Part shown: positions 55,010 through 64,000 of the stretch, piece by piece
How the letters are laid out: the number at the start of each line of letters is the position of its first letter
How positions within the stretch are numbered: the first letter of the stretch is position 1
Origin: Pseudomonadota bacterium
GTDB taxonomy: Bacteria > Pseudomonadota > Alphaproteobacteria > Rhizobiales > Xanthobacteraceae
Assembly (NCBI GenBank): GCA_043811435.1
Contig: JBDRNF010000055.1
Location: 14,196 to 78,195, forward strand
Direction: 5' to 3'
Length of the DNA stretch: 64,000 nucleotides
Made by a program: the position numbers and the translations under genes
Notes under the pieces: generated by a model
Told to the model about the DNA's origin: nothing
The model's input: only the letters and a program-made list of their open reading frames with translations
Databases searched by the model: none

Positions 55010-55767
55010 CCGCGGTTCGTTCCTTCCTCTTCGACAGCGTGTTCTATCTCTGGACAGCCCTTCTTTCGGTCCTTGCCATGCCGGCGCTACTGATCTCGCA
55101 GCATGCGGCGGCGCGGGTTTCCGAAGTGTGGGCGATGGTTTCCCTGTGGCTGTTGCGGCTGATCGTTGGCCTGTCCAGCGAGGTGCGCGGCAAGCAGAAC
55201 CTGCCCCGCGGCGCGGTCATCGTCGCGCTCAAGCACCAGTCGGCTTGGGAGACCGTGGCGCTGTGGTTGTTACTCGAGAACCCGGCGATCGTGTTGAAAC
55301 AGAGCTTGGCGAGGATCCCCGTGTTCGGCTGGTACATGCGACGCGGCCGGGCGATCATCATCGATCGTGAAGCAGGCGCAAAAGCACTGAGGCCGATGGT
55401 CGCGGCCGCACGCTCGGCGATGATTGATGGTCGCCCGATCGCGATCTTTCCCGAGGGTACCCGTACGCCCGTGGGCGTTCGTCGGCCTTACCATCCGGGA
55501 GTCGCAGTACTTTACATGCAGCTTGGTCTTCCCGTCGTGCCGGTCGCACTCAACTCCGGTCTATTTTGGGGACGCCGGTCCCTCATGAAACGATCCGGCA
55601 AAATCCTCGTTGAGTTTCTGCCACCAATCGAACCCGGACTCGATCGGAGGCATTTCATGGCGGCACTCGAGCGCCGCATCGAGGACGCGACGGCCATGCT
55701 CATCGCCGAAAGCAAGCGAGCGGAGAACATCTCACGCGGCATACCTGCCAGCTCTGGAGAGCATTAA
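55006..55767 (+). CDS. plsC: lysophospholipid acyltransferase (PlsC family)
   Basis: KHQSAWET, IFPEGTR, VPVALNSG; GTGA overlap with cfa. Confidence 0.9.
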   Translation: MTAVRSFLFDSVFYLWTALLSVLAMPALLISQHAAARVSEVWAMVSLWLLRLIVGLSSEVRGKQNLPRGAVIVALKHQSAWETVALWLLLENPAIVLKQSLARIPVFGWYMRRGRAIIIDREAGAKALRPMVAAARSAMIDGRPIAIFPEGTRTPVGVRRPYHPGVAVLYMQLGLPVVPVALNSGLFWGRRSLMKRSGKILVEFLPPIEPGLDRRHFMAALERRIEDATAMLIAESKRAENISRGIPASSGEH

Positions 55768-55878
55768 CGGACGGGCGCTCATCGCCTAGACCGACAGCTC
55801 GCGACTTTATCTGCCATGGCCCGTCGCGAGATCGAACTCACTGAAAGCTGTCGCTCATTTCAAAGAAGGAAGCCAGAC

Positions 55879-56433
55879 ATGACCCCGCATAGCGCCGCCG
55901 TTGCCGTCTTCGAACACCATAGCCAGGCCGAAGATGCCGTTAAAAGGCTCGGTAACGCTGGCTTTGATATCACCAAGATCAATATCGTTGGCAAGGGTTG
56001 CCATACTGAGGAGAAAGTGGTCGGTTTCTACAACGCCGGTGATCGTATCAGTTTCTGGGGAAAGTACGGCGCCTTCTGGGGTGGTCTATGGGGTTTGTTC
56101 GTGGGCGGCTTGTTTATGACCGTTCCTGTTATCGGGCCCATCGTGGTGCTTGGCCACCTTGGCGCGATAGTGCTGGGTGCTGTCGAGGGTGCCGTTCTAG
56201 GTGGAGGCTTGAGCGCCATCGGTGCTGCGCTCGTTAGCATCGGCATTCCAAAAAACAGTGTCGTTGAATATGAAAAGGCTGTTAAAGCCGACAGCTTTCT
56301 GGTGATGGTGAATGGATCGTCCGAGGCGGTCGCTCGCGCCAAGACGATCCTGGCGGTAGCGAGCCCGTCGCGGCTGGACGTCCATGAAGGTGTGACCCCG
56401 CCGACGGATCATGCCGCGCATCATGCGGCGTAA
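55879..56433 (+). CDS. general-stress 17M/DUF1269-like membrane protein
   Basis: AVFEHHSQAEDAVKRL, GFYNAGDR..FWGKYGAFWGGLWG, LVSIGIPK; ATG 55879. Confidence 0.78.
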   Translation: MTPHSAAVAVFEHHSQAEDAVKRLGNAGFDITKINIVGKGCHTEEKVVGFYNAGDRISFWGKYGAFWGGLWGLFVGGLFMTVPVIGPIVVLGHLGAIVLGAVEGAVLGGGLSAIGAALVSIGIPKNSVVEYEKAVKADSFLVMVNGSSEAVARAKTILAVASPSRLDVHEGVTPPTDHAAHHAA

Positions 56434-56661
56434 TCGTAATACTGCGTCTGAAGCGCTACGACCGCTGGACGGGCTTTCTCCAAGTTAGCCTCGGTCGTTA
56501 TCGCCGTGCTCTTATCGTGTTCATCGCCTACGACGGAATCGTTGCCATACGGCAGCGAGGTCAGCCGGGCCGGTAGCCGAAGGCGAAGCAAAGCCATGGT
56601 CTTGGCTGAAACCGTGAAGGGATATGCCCGTCGTTCAAGTCAGGCTAACGTCGGCCAGGCG

Positions 56662-58263
56662 TCAAAGCTTGCCTGATCGAGCGATTCCGCGGACGAGGCG
56701 AAAGGTGAACCAGAGCGCCAGCGCATAGGCGAACGCCGCGAGAACGGGCATATCGCTGTAAAGACGCGGTCCAATGCTTTGCTGCATAAGCAGCGAACCG
56801 GCAACATACAGACCTAGCGTAACGAGAGCGAGCGCGATCCGGTTACTGCTGCGGTCAAGATGCTCTTTAAGCTCCTGGAGCTGATGTACGCGCAAGGTCA
56901 CACCGAAACCTTCGCCCTCCCGGTTCAATCGCCGGGTCCACGACCCGAGGACACCCGGCAGGTCTTGCATCGCGCTCAATGCGTCATGCTTCAGTCGGTC
57001 GAGCGCACCGCTCCAGTCCGATTGCTCCATCGCCGCTTTCAATATCTCCGGACCTTTTGCCTGCAGATTCTCGAGGAGCTCAAAGTCGGGGTCAAGAACT
57101 CCCACAGCGTGTTCGACGAGGAAGATAGTCCGCATGAGGACCAGGAGATCGTAGGGTACGAAGACGTTCTGGGCCTGACCCAGCCGGGTCACGCGGAGAA
57201 ATGCTTCAGCCAGGGACCAATCCTTGAGCGGCAGCACGGCGTAGTCAGTGATGATTTCCGCCAGACCGCGACGGAACTCGGAGCGATCCATTTTTCCGCC
57301 GAACACGCCGAGGTCGATTGCGGCGTCCAGCAGCCAGTCGGCATCCTGGCGAATGAAGGCATTGGTAAACGCGGCAAGCTTACGTCGCGTGGCGCTGTCA
57401 AGAAATCCGACGAGTCCGAAGTCGTGAAAGCAAATGCGCCCCTCGGCGGTAATGAAGAGGTTGCCGGGATGAGGATCGCCGTGGAACACGCCCAGCACGA
57501 AGATCTGGTGCAGATAAGCATCGACGAAATTTTGCGCGAGGCCGGGGCCATCGGGCTTGATCGCCGGATCATCAATTCGGCGTCCGCCGCTGCGCGCTTG
57601 GACGATGATGCTCTCGCTGACGAGACCGTCGATGACGCCCGGGATATGGATCGTTGGCCAATCGGCGAAAGCCAAAGCGAAACGTCGTATGTTTTGCGCC
57701 TCCTGGCGGAAATTGATCTCCTTGCGAAGGTTGGTCCAGATCTCATCGATGATCCGAAGCGGCTCATAATGTCGTAGGCGCGGCACCAGAATCGCGGCGA
57801 TGCGCGCCAGCAATTTGAGCGCAAGCATATCTCGATCGATTTGCGATTTGATGCCGCCGCGGCGCACCTTCACAATGACAGCCCGACCGTCCGGAAGATG
57901 AGCTGCATGCACCTGTGCGATGGAGGCAGCGGCAAGCGGCTTCCGGTCGAAATCCGCAAACAGCTCGCCGACAGGACGACCAAGCCCGCGCTCGATCTCA
58001 CGGATGGCATTCTCGGCAGGGAAGGGGGTCGTATGATCCTGAAGTGATTGCAGAGCTGCGACGTACTCGTCGGGCAGCATATCCTGCCGCATACTCAGCG
58101 CTTGCCCAAACTTGATAAATGTTGTCCCCAGCCGCGCCAGGCCAAGGCGCAGCCGCTCGGGCCCGCCTGGCGATGAGCGATACCAATGGAGGCGCCGAAG
58201 AGCGCCGCCCACAAGAAATCGAAGCGCCTCGAAGGCGATACGGAGCAATCGAAACAGCGGCAT
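56662..58263 (-). CDS. AarF/ABC1/UbiB family atypical kinase
   Basis: LGTTFIKFGQALS, AAASIAQVH, VKV, FHGDPHPGN, DFGLVG, C-terminal TM helices. Confidence 0.92.
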   Translation of the reverse strand: MPLFRLLRIAFEALRFLVGGALRRLHWYRSSPGGPERLRLGLARLGTTFIKFGQALSMRQDMLPDEYVAALQSLQDHTTPFPAENAIREIERGLGRPVGELFADFDRKPLAAASIAQVHAAHLPDGRAVIVKVRRGGIKSQIDRDMLALKLLARIAAILVPRLRHYEPLRIIDEIWTNLRKEINFRQEAQNIRRFALAFADWPTIHIPGVIDGLVSESIIVQARSGGRRIDDPAIKPDGPGLAQNFVDAYLHQIFVLGVFHGDPHPGNLFITAEGRICFHDFGLVGFLDSATRRKLAAFTNAFIRQDADWLLDAAIDLGVFGGKMDRSEFRRGLAEIITDYAVLPLKDWSLAEAFLRVTRLGQAQNVFVPYDLLVLMRTIFLVEHAVGVLDPDFELLENLQAKGPEILKAAMEQSDWSGALDRLKHDALSAMQDLPGVLGSWTRRLNREGEGFGVTLRVHQLQELKEHLDRSSNRIALALVTLGLYVAGSLLMQQSIGPRLYSDMPVLAAFAYALALWFTFRLVRGIARSGKL

Positions 58264-58588
58264 CAGATATCTCGCACAGGTGCAGTCGCCGCGCAGCAAC
58301 GGCCATCAATGAAAACAAGTTGCAACTCTGCACCTGCTCAAAGAGCCGAGCCAGAGCTTCGGGCGATGGCTCCATAGCGGTGCGGTCCCGCAAATGCGTT
58401 CGCCCTTCACGACTGTATGCTCTTGTGCCAGGCGTCAACTCGCCCAGCCCGGAGCCGACCACCTCTTAGCCATCGATCCAAGCGCAAATCTGCCACGCGG
58501 GAAATCGTTCGAAAGTGACAAGTGGAAAGGTTCAATCGCAGTGTGATTGCGCCACCTTCTTTCGATATCAGATACGAAATTCAAATGT

Positions 58589-58602
58589 TTAATCGAGATC
58601 AA
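58589..58602. promoter_or_regulatory. FNR/FixK-like box in a divergent promoter region
   Basis: reverse strand aac-TTGAT-ctcg-ATTAA-aca. Confidence 0.78.
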
Positions 58603-58688
58603 GTTTTCCGGAATCACGCGGTGATATTGTATTATTTGGATTGGGTAATGGGCCCAGCTATCCGGTAGATAGCAGGTAAGAGGATCTC

Positions 58689-58967
58689 ATGTCGCACCAT
58701 GACCACGCAGACTGGAAGTCGAGGCCAGAAGGCAGCTTCCTGACGTCGCAAGCGGGCATCGCCCTTCTGGTCTTGCTGGCGATCGCCGGATTCTTGCTGT
58801 TCACGGAGCATCGTGCCCACGTATTGGGGGCGGGCCTTTTCCTTCTGCTGCTCGCCTGTCCGCTCCTGCATGTATTCATGCATGGCGGACACGGGGGACA
58901 TCAAGGGCATTCGGGGAACGACGACCCATCGCAGTCGCAGCGCGGGTCGGGTAGGAGCGGCACATGA
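58689..58967 (+). CDS. DUF2933 family His-rich membrane protein
   Basis: FLLFTEHRAHVLG...LLLACPLLHVFMHGGHGGH. Confidence 0.9.
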   Translation: MSHHDHADWKSRPEGSFLTSQAGIALLVLLAIAGFLLFTEHRAHVLGAGLFLLLLACPLLHVFMHGGHGGHQGHSGNDDPSQSQRGSGRSGT

Positions 58968-59623
58968 ATGACGAAACACCCGCCTATGGCCTGTGGAGCC
59001 TGGTGGTCATCAATTCGGTCATCTTTGTCTTCTTTGCTTACACTTTCTTCAAGCCGCAAACGGGCCGCGACTGGCGGTCATTTGGGGCATTCAGCGCGTT
59101 TCTCGTCGCGCTCTTCGCCGAAATGTATGGCTTTCCGCTCACGATCTACTTCCTGTCAGGTTGGCTGCAGAGCCGCTATCCGAACATCGACTGGTTTTCC
59201 CACGACGCCGGTCACTTACTCGAAGAGTTGTTTGGTTGGAAAACAAACCCACACTTTGGCCCATTCCACATCCTGAGCTTCGTCTTCATCGGCGGCGGGT
59301 TCATCCTGATTTCAGCGGCGTGGAAGGTGCTCTATGAGGCTCAGAAACAGCGAGAATTGGCGACCAAAGGCGCTTATAGCTACGTCCGCCATCCCCAATA
59401 TGTCGGCTTCATTCTGATCATGTTCGGCTTTCTGTTGCAGTGGCCGACGATTCTGACCCTCGCGATGTTTCCCGTGCTGGTGTTCATGTACGTGCGGCTG
59501 GCGCGGACGGAAGAACGGGATGCACGGTCCACCTTTGGCAAGGCCTATGCCGATTATGCGGCGCGCGTGCCCGCCTTCATCCCACATCTCTCCCGCTTGC
59601 GGCAGCGCGTTGCCGAAGGCTGA
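58964..59623 (+). CDS. isoprenylcysteine carboxyl methyltransferase (ICMT/PEMT) family protein
   Basis: ALFAEMYGFPLTIY, GAYSYVRHPQYVGF, EER...FG.AY..Y...VPAFIP; ATGA overlap. Confidence 0.9.
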   Translation: MNDETPAYGLWSLVVINSVIFVFFAYTFFKPQTGRDWRSFGAFSAFLVALFAEMYGFPLTIYFLSGWLQSRYPNIDWFSHDAGHLLEELFGWKTNPHFGPFHILSFVFIGGGFILISAAWKVLYEAQKQRELATKGAYSYVRHPQYVGFILIMFGFLLQWPTILTLAMFPVLVFMYVRLARTEERDARSTFGKAYADYAARVPAFIPHLSRLRQRVAEG

Positions 59624-59658
59624 TCGAGGTGGGACCATAGGGACCATACATCTTCGCC

Positions 59659-60246
59659 GTGACCTCAGACCGGCGCGCGATCTCAGGCTCGAGGATGGCA
59701 AAGAATCATAGCCGGGCCGGCGTAACGGCTGGAGTGTGCGACATGATGCAACGATCGAAGCGGTTTGACCGTTCGTCAGGGTACGCGAGTTATCTCCGCA
59801 TGGCTGCTGTCCTGCTCGCGGTGGCGGGCTTGGCCTGGGGGCCGGTGAGGGCGGCCTCGGGTGGCGAGACCAGGTCCGCGGGAGGGCTGACTGTCTATCT
59901 TGGTGTGGTGCCGGCGGAAATCGTTAAGGGGCCGGAGCCTCATTCGGCCGAACGACATATGCATGGCGGAACGCCACGGGGTAGCCACGAACATCACATT
60001 GTCGTGGCGGTCTTCGATTCGACCAGCAACGCACGTATCGAGGACGCGACTGTAACTGCCCGGATTTCCGGGCTGGGACTCTCGGGCTCGCAAGTAACCC
60101 TCGAGCCTATGAAAATCGCCGATACTGTCAGCTATGGAACTTACTTCAACCTGACCCCCGACCTCTACACCATCAGGGTGACGGTTCAGCGTCCTGGCTC
60201 GCAACCCGTGGTGATCGACTTCAAGTACGATCATCGTCGCCCATGA
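59659..60246 (+). CDS. exported His-containing hypothetical protein (candidate metal-binding)
   Basis: Signal-like segment, then VYLGVVPAEIV...ERHMHGG...HHIVVAVFD...LEPMKIA...YGTYF; true start probably downstream. Confidence 0.7.
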   Translation: MTSDRRAISGSRMAKNHSRAGVTAGVCDMMQRSKRFDRSSGYASYLRMAAVLLAVAGLAWGPVRAASGGETRSAGGLTVYLGVVPAEIVKGPEPHSAERHMHGGTPRGSHEHHIVVAVFDSTSNARIEDATVTARISGLGLSGSQVTLEPMKIADTVSYGTYFNLTPDLYTIRVTVQRPGSQPVVIDFKYDHRRP

Positions 60247-60684
60247 ATTCATGAGTTCGGGTAGGCGGAAATGATCGAGAGCAGGGGACCAAGAGTGAGG
60301 TCGATCGAAATAAATCCGTCGTCAGCATCGTCGGCGGAGGATCGGCGGGGTTCGCATGCGCCGTCATCCTCGCCCCCGCGCCGATTACCCGGTCATCCTT
60401 CATGAGCAACATTCACGCGCCGGTGGGCGCTTTGATGGTGCATGAAGCCGAGTACGTCACCCGTACTGTTGCGATCTTCAGAGATCGCGTCGGGTTGAAA
60501 CTGCCCAACGAGCGGCGGTTCGGCGGCTATGCCAATTTCCGACTGCCGCGAACCGCGGTGCAAGGCGGCCACCTTGTTACCGGCGAACAAGCGGGATTTC
60601 AGGAAGCTCTCGCCGGCTTCGGCACCTTTTCGCTCGCCAAGGTCGGAACATGTCGAGAGCACCGTTTGGCGTCACCGTCCTCGC

Positions 60685-61881
60685 TCAAAAGACGCCGATC
60701 GTACCCGCAACGAAATCGTCAATCAGTTTCGGGATGCGCGAAAGGCGATCGGCTACAACATCCTCAACGCATCGCGCGATCTTATCCACCGGGATGCCGT
60801 CCCGCGTCGCTAGTTTGATTTGCACGAGGGCTGGACGGATCACGGGCGCGCCGATCCGGCTTACCATCAGGCATTGCGCGGCTGAAATCTCCGGCACCGT
60901 CGCAATCAGCGCTTCGGCGATGTCGCGCGCGGCGACGTTGTAGATCTTGCCCACGTGGGCCACCGGGTTCTTGCCGGCAGCGGCTTCGAGGCTCATCGGC
61001 CGGCACGGCGTAATCAAGCCGTTGACCCTGTTCCCGCGCCCGACCTCGCCATCATCGCCGGCCTCGGCCGACGTTCCTGTCACGGTGAGATAGATCGATC
61101 CTGAGGACGGATCGTCGGCAGCGTTGACACTCACGTCGCATCGTGAAACTCCGTGCTGCATCGCCAGATCCCGCACCATCTTTTCGACTGCAGCCTTTTC
61201 GGCGATATAGTCGTCCAAGTGGGCGAGATGGCGTCCAATCATTGCACAAGCCACCGTTAGACTGGCCGTATCGCCGCGTCGCACACCCATGACCTTAACA
61301 TCTTCGCCCCAGGCCGGTTGGTCATACCTGCGGTCGCTTCCATTGATTCGCCTTTCGGCGGCAAGCACCAATAGTTCCAGGGGGCTCATCGGGGCATAAC
61401 CGACGCCAAATGATGTATCATTGGCAAGCGGAATACCGCCTTCAGAGTCGCGGGAGAACAGCGCTTGCAGGTCATGCGAGCCAGGGTGGATCAGATCATG
61501 GATATGTACGTGACGCTCCGCATCCAAAGCGTGTAAATTCGAGCGTATCCAAGTCCGTGATCCCTCGATCGCCATTTCCTTGATTTGCAGCGCTTCGGTG
61601 CCGATTTGAGTTACGGCTCTCCCGGCCAGATAGATGTTGATGGGGGCGAGTACCGAGCCGCCGCCAAAATCCGGCGCAGCGCGGCCGCCGCACAGAAGCG
61701 CCTTGTCGACGTTGTGATGAAGGATCTTCCCGAAGCGGTCTCGATACGCGCGACATAAGTTCCGCGATAGAGTTTCCGCAAGCGCGTCGCAGATCGTGTC
61801 CGGGTGTCCCAATCCCTTGCGTTCGACGACCTCGACGGCGTCATTGGTAATTCCGAGGTCCGATATGATAAGCGACTGCAT
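60685..61881 (-). CDS. mat: archaeal-type S-adenosylmethionine synthetase
   Basis: [77 protein letters not shown]. Confidence 0.93.
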   Translation of the reverse strand: MQSLIISDLGITNDAVEVVERKGLGHPDTICDALAETLSRNLCRAYRDRFGKILHHNVDKALLCGGRAAPDFGGGSVLAPINIYLAGRAVTQIGTEALQIKEMAIEGSRTWIRSNLHALDAERHVHIHDLIHPGSHDLQALFSRDSEGGIPLANDTSFGVGYAPMSPLELLVLAAERRINGSDRRYDQPAWGEDVKVMGVRRGDTASLTVACAMIGRHLAHLDDYIAEKAAVEKMVRDLAMQHGVSRCDVSVNAADDPSSGSIYLTVTGTSAEAGDDGEVGRGNRVNGLITPCRPMSLEAAAGKNPVAHVGKIYNVAARDIAEALIATVPEISAAQCLMVSRIGAPVIRPALVQIKLATRDGIPVDKIARCVEDVVADRLSRIPKLIDDFVAGTIGVF

Positions 61882-62024
61882 AGGGAGGTTGCCTCCACGC
61901 GGAACAGAGCAGGGATCTCGTATGACTCGTTCGCCTATTTCAAAGTGCAGAATTCCACACTCCGCGATCGACAGTAGTCAGCGTCCCCCGCGACTGCACG
62001 CGGCAAACGCACAAAGTCCTTCGA

Positions 62025-63152
62025 TTAGCTCTGTCGCGCGAGCATCACCCTGAATCGTGACAGAGCGGTGGCAAGAAAGCCGCCACCGAGTGCGCACATG
62101 ATCCCGAGATCAGGCCATACGACATCGAGTCCGGCGCCACGATAAAGGACTGACTGAGCGAATCGCACGAAGTGTGTCGATGGCGACAAATACATGATGC
62201 CTTGCAGGAGGGCTGGCATGCTCTCGAACGGTGTGAACGAGCCCGACAGCAAGAACATCAGGACGAAGACAGGAATCGACAGCAACGCGAACTGCGGCAT
62301 CGAGTTCGCAATCGTCGCCAGCAAGATACTGAGCGATGTCACGGCGAAGAGATAAATGGCGGTCCCGGCGAGGAAAAACTCGACCGATCCCACGATTGGT
62401 ACCTGCAGCACGACATGGACGATAACGTGAAGGGAAAACCCGGCCGCCAGAAGGACGATCAGACCATTTGCCCAGATCTTCGCCGCAAGAATTTCGCTCG
62501 GCAGCACCGGCATCACCAACAAATGCTCAATGGTGCCGCGCTCGCGTTCACGCATCACAGCCGCGCCAACGAGAATGATGGCGAGAATTGTGACATTGTT
62601 AATGACGCCCATGCTCGCGCTGAAGCGGATCGCTTCAAGATTTTGATTGAACAGGGCGCGAATGACAGGATCGATGGGAAGGGCTGGATTTGCGCCACGC
62701 TGCTTCAAAAAGCTCGCCGTTTCGCGCATTATGATTTCCTGGATGTAGGCGGTCCCCGCGGCGGCTTGGGTCACCGCCGTCGCATCGACGTTGATTTGAA
62801 TCGAAGGGCCGCGGCCTGACAAGAGATCGGCTTCGAGCTTCGGCGGGATTTCCAGAACGAATGTGTATTGTCCCTTGTCCAGCAATTGATCGAGTTCCGA
62901 GCGATCAGTTTCTCGGGGCGCGCTAAAATACGGCGGCTGCAGGGCATCCTTGATTCGGGATGACAACGTCGAACGGTCGGCATCGACGACGGCCACCCCG
63001 GCATTTCTCACGTCGGTCCTCATGGCGGTGGCCTCCGAGTAGACCGCCGCCGTGAAAACATAGATGATCAGGACGACCATCACGAGGTCGCGCGAGAGGC
63101 TGGCGAGTTCCTTGAGACCGAGGTGATAGACGTTCTCGACCCAGCGCCGCAT
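62025..63152 (-). CDS. ABC-2 type transporter permease (YhhJ-like)
   Basis: LGLKELASL, QINVDAT, RERERGTIEHLLVMP, LSGSFTPFESMP; ATG 63152. Confidence 0.9.
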   Translation of the reverse strand: MRRWVENVYHLGLKELASLSRDLVMVVLIIYVFTAAVYSEATAMRTDVRNAGVAVVDADRSTLSSRIKDALQPPYFSAPRETDRSELDQLLDKGQYTFVLEIPPKLEADLLSGRGPSIQINVDATAVTQAAAGTAYIQEIIMRETASFLKQRGANPALPIDPVIRALFNQNLEAIRFSASMGVINNVTILAIILVGAAVMRERERGTIEHLLVMPVLPSEILAAKIWANGLIVLLAAGFSLHVIVHVVLQVPIVGSVEFFLAGTAIYLFAVTSLSILLATIANSMPQFALLSIPVFVLMFLLSGSFTPFESMPALLQGIMYLSPSTHFVRFAQSVLYRGAGLDVVWPDLGIMCALGGGFLATALSRFRVMLARQS

Positions 63153-63154
63153 CG

Positions 63155-64000
63155 CTAGGCTCCTTGCTTGCGGACCGACAGCCGGGCCAGCAGGAGAAAC
63201 ATGATGCCGAATCCAAGCAATACGCCCATCTCGCGGAGGAACGCGCTCGCTTCGAGCCCTTTGGCAAAGACGCCGAGGCTCACGGTCTGAAACCAAAGCG
63301 CTGGAAATGAAAGCCCCATGATGCGAGCTGGGCCTTCAAGCGTCGAGGCTGGAAAGAGAAACCCTGAATAATGCGCTGCGGTCATCGCGGTCAGAATTGC
63401 CGTTCCGAAGATCGCAGCAACTTGCGTCGAGACGAACGCCGACACCAGAAGGCCGAACGCGGTTGCCGCAAACACGTAGATGAGCGCTGCAATCGATAAG
63501 GCGAGCGTGGACCCTTTTGGAACGACACCGAGCATACTGGCGGCCAGAATCACAAGGCTGACATAACTGACAAAGCCGATCGCGATGTAGGGCAGCTGCT
63601 TACCGATGAGATATTCGCCAACCGTCGCAGGGGAGGCGTAGACGTTCGTGATTGAGCCCATCTCCTTCTCCCTCACCACGCCGAGCGCCGTCAGCATCGC
63701 TGGAAACACCACCAGCAGAAGCATGATCGTCCCCGGCGTGATCGCGAATACGCTGCGAAACTCCTGGTTGTATCTAAACCGCGGCTCGACATTGATGGGC
63801 AGCAGCTGCGGATCCCGGCCATGTAGGCGGCGATAGCGATCCGCCGCATAGGTCAGAACAACACCTTGGATATAGGCGCGGGCTGTCTCTGCCGGGAACG
63901 TGTTGCCGCCGTCGAGCCAGAAGCTGATCTGCGGCTGGCGGCCCTGCAGTAGGTCACGGCCAAAGCCCGGTGGGATATCGACGGCAAAGCGTAACTCGCC
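63155..64000 (-). CDS. rbbA: RbbA/YhiH-like ABC ATPase-permease fusion, C-terminal part, runs off the right edge
   Basis: Open frame from the edge: GELRFAVDIPPGFGRDLL...LDGGNTFPAETARAY...PRFRYNQEFRS...ALGVVREKEMGSITN. Confidence 0.85.
   Translation of the reverse strand, partial: GELRFAVDIPPGFGRDLLQGRQPQISFWLDGGNTFPAETARAYIQGVVLTYAADRYRRLHGRDPQLLPINVEPRFRYNQEFRSVFAITPGTIMLLLVVFPAMLTALGVVREKEMGSITNVYASPATVGEYLIGKQLPYIAIGFVSYVSLVILAASMLGVVPKGSTLALSIAALIYVFAATAFGLLVSAFVSTQVAAIFGTAILTAMTAAHYSGFLFPASTLEGPARIMGLSFPALWFQTVSLGVFAKGLEASAFLREMGVLLGFGIMFLLLARLSVRKQGA

Noticed and set aside
60270-60680. IVGGGSAGFACAV (GxGxxG-like) fragment and a 138-aa ORF
   Set aside because: Too short and fragmentary to assign; may be an oxidoreductase relic.

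Overview
GC-rich window, probably from an alphaproteobacterium (inferred from gene families). It reads as one accessory low-oxygen, fermentation and metal-stress island. Carbon genes: glgP (partial), glgA, pfkB, archaeal-type (class II) GAPDH, PEP synthase, and broken eno and gpmA. Redox genes: a group 3b [NiFe] hydrogenase operon (beta, cNMP-domain protein, gamma, delta, alpha, protease, short hypA, hypFCDE, hoxX; no hypB in the window), an MFS / GltD-like / nifJ (PFOR) / DHOD-like / cytochrome c operon, and a Zn-dependent ADH. Other genes: lipid and membrane remodelling (cls, SPFH, cfa, plsC, AarF/UbiB kinase), ion transport (P-type ATPase, NhaA), several small His/Met/Cys-rich proteins, an archaeal-type SAM synthetase and about ten pseudogenes. 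The strongest non-obvious signal is regulatory. I found 19 copies by eye of an FNR-like box with an extended, asymmetric consensus (TCT-TTGAY-N4-RTTAA-ASA) in most promoter regions. The window also encodes two paralogous Crp/Fnr regulators with a non-canonical GVHVNR recognition helix, one with an FnrN-like Cys motif and one without. Each regulator sits directly behind a candidate metal sensor: a CorE-like Cys-rich ECF sigma in one case and a DUF2946/CopL-like Cys-rich RPP leader ORF in the other. No rRNA, tRNA, CRISPR array, transposase or integrase was seen. All assignments are by motif recognition, with no database searches run.
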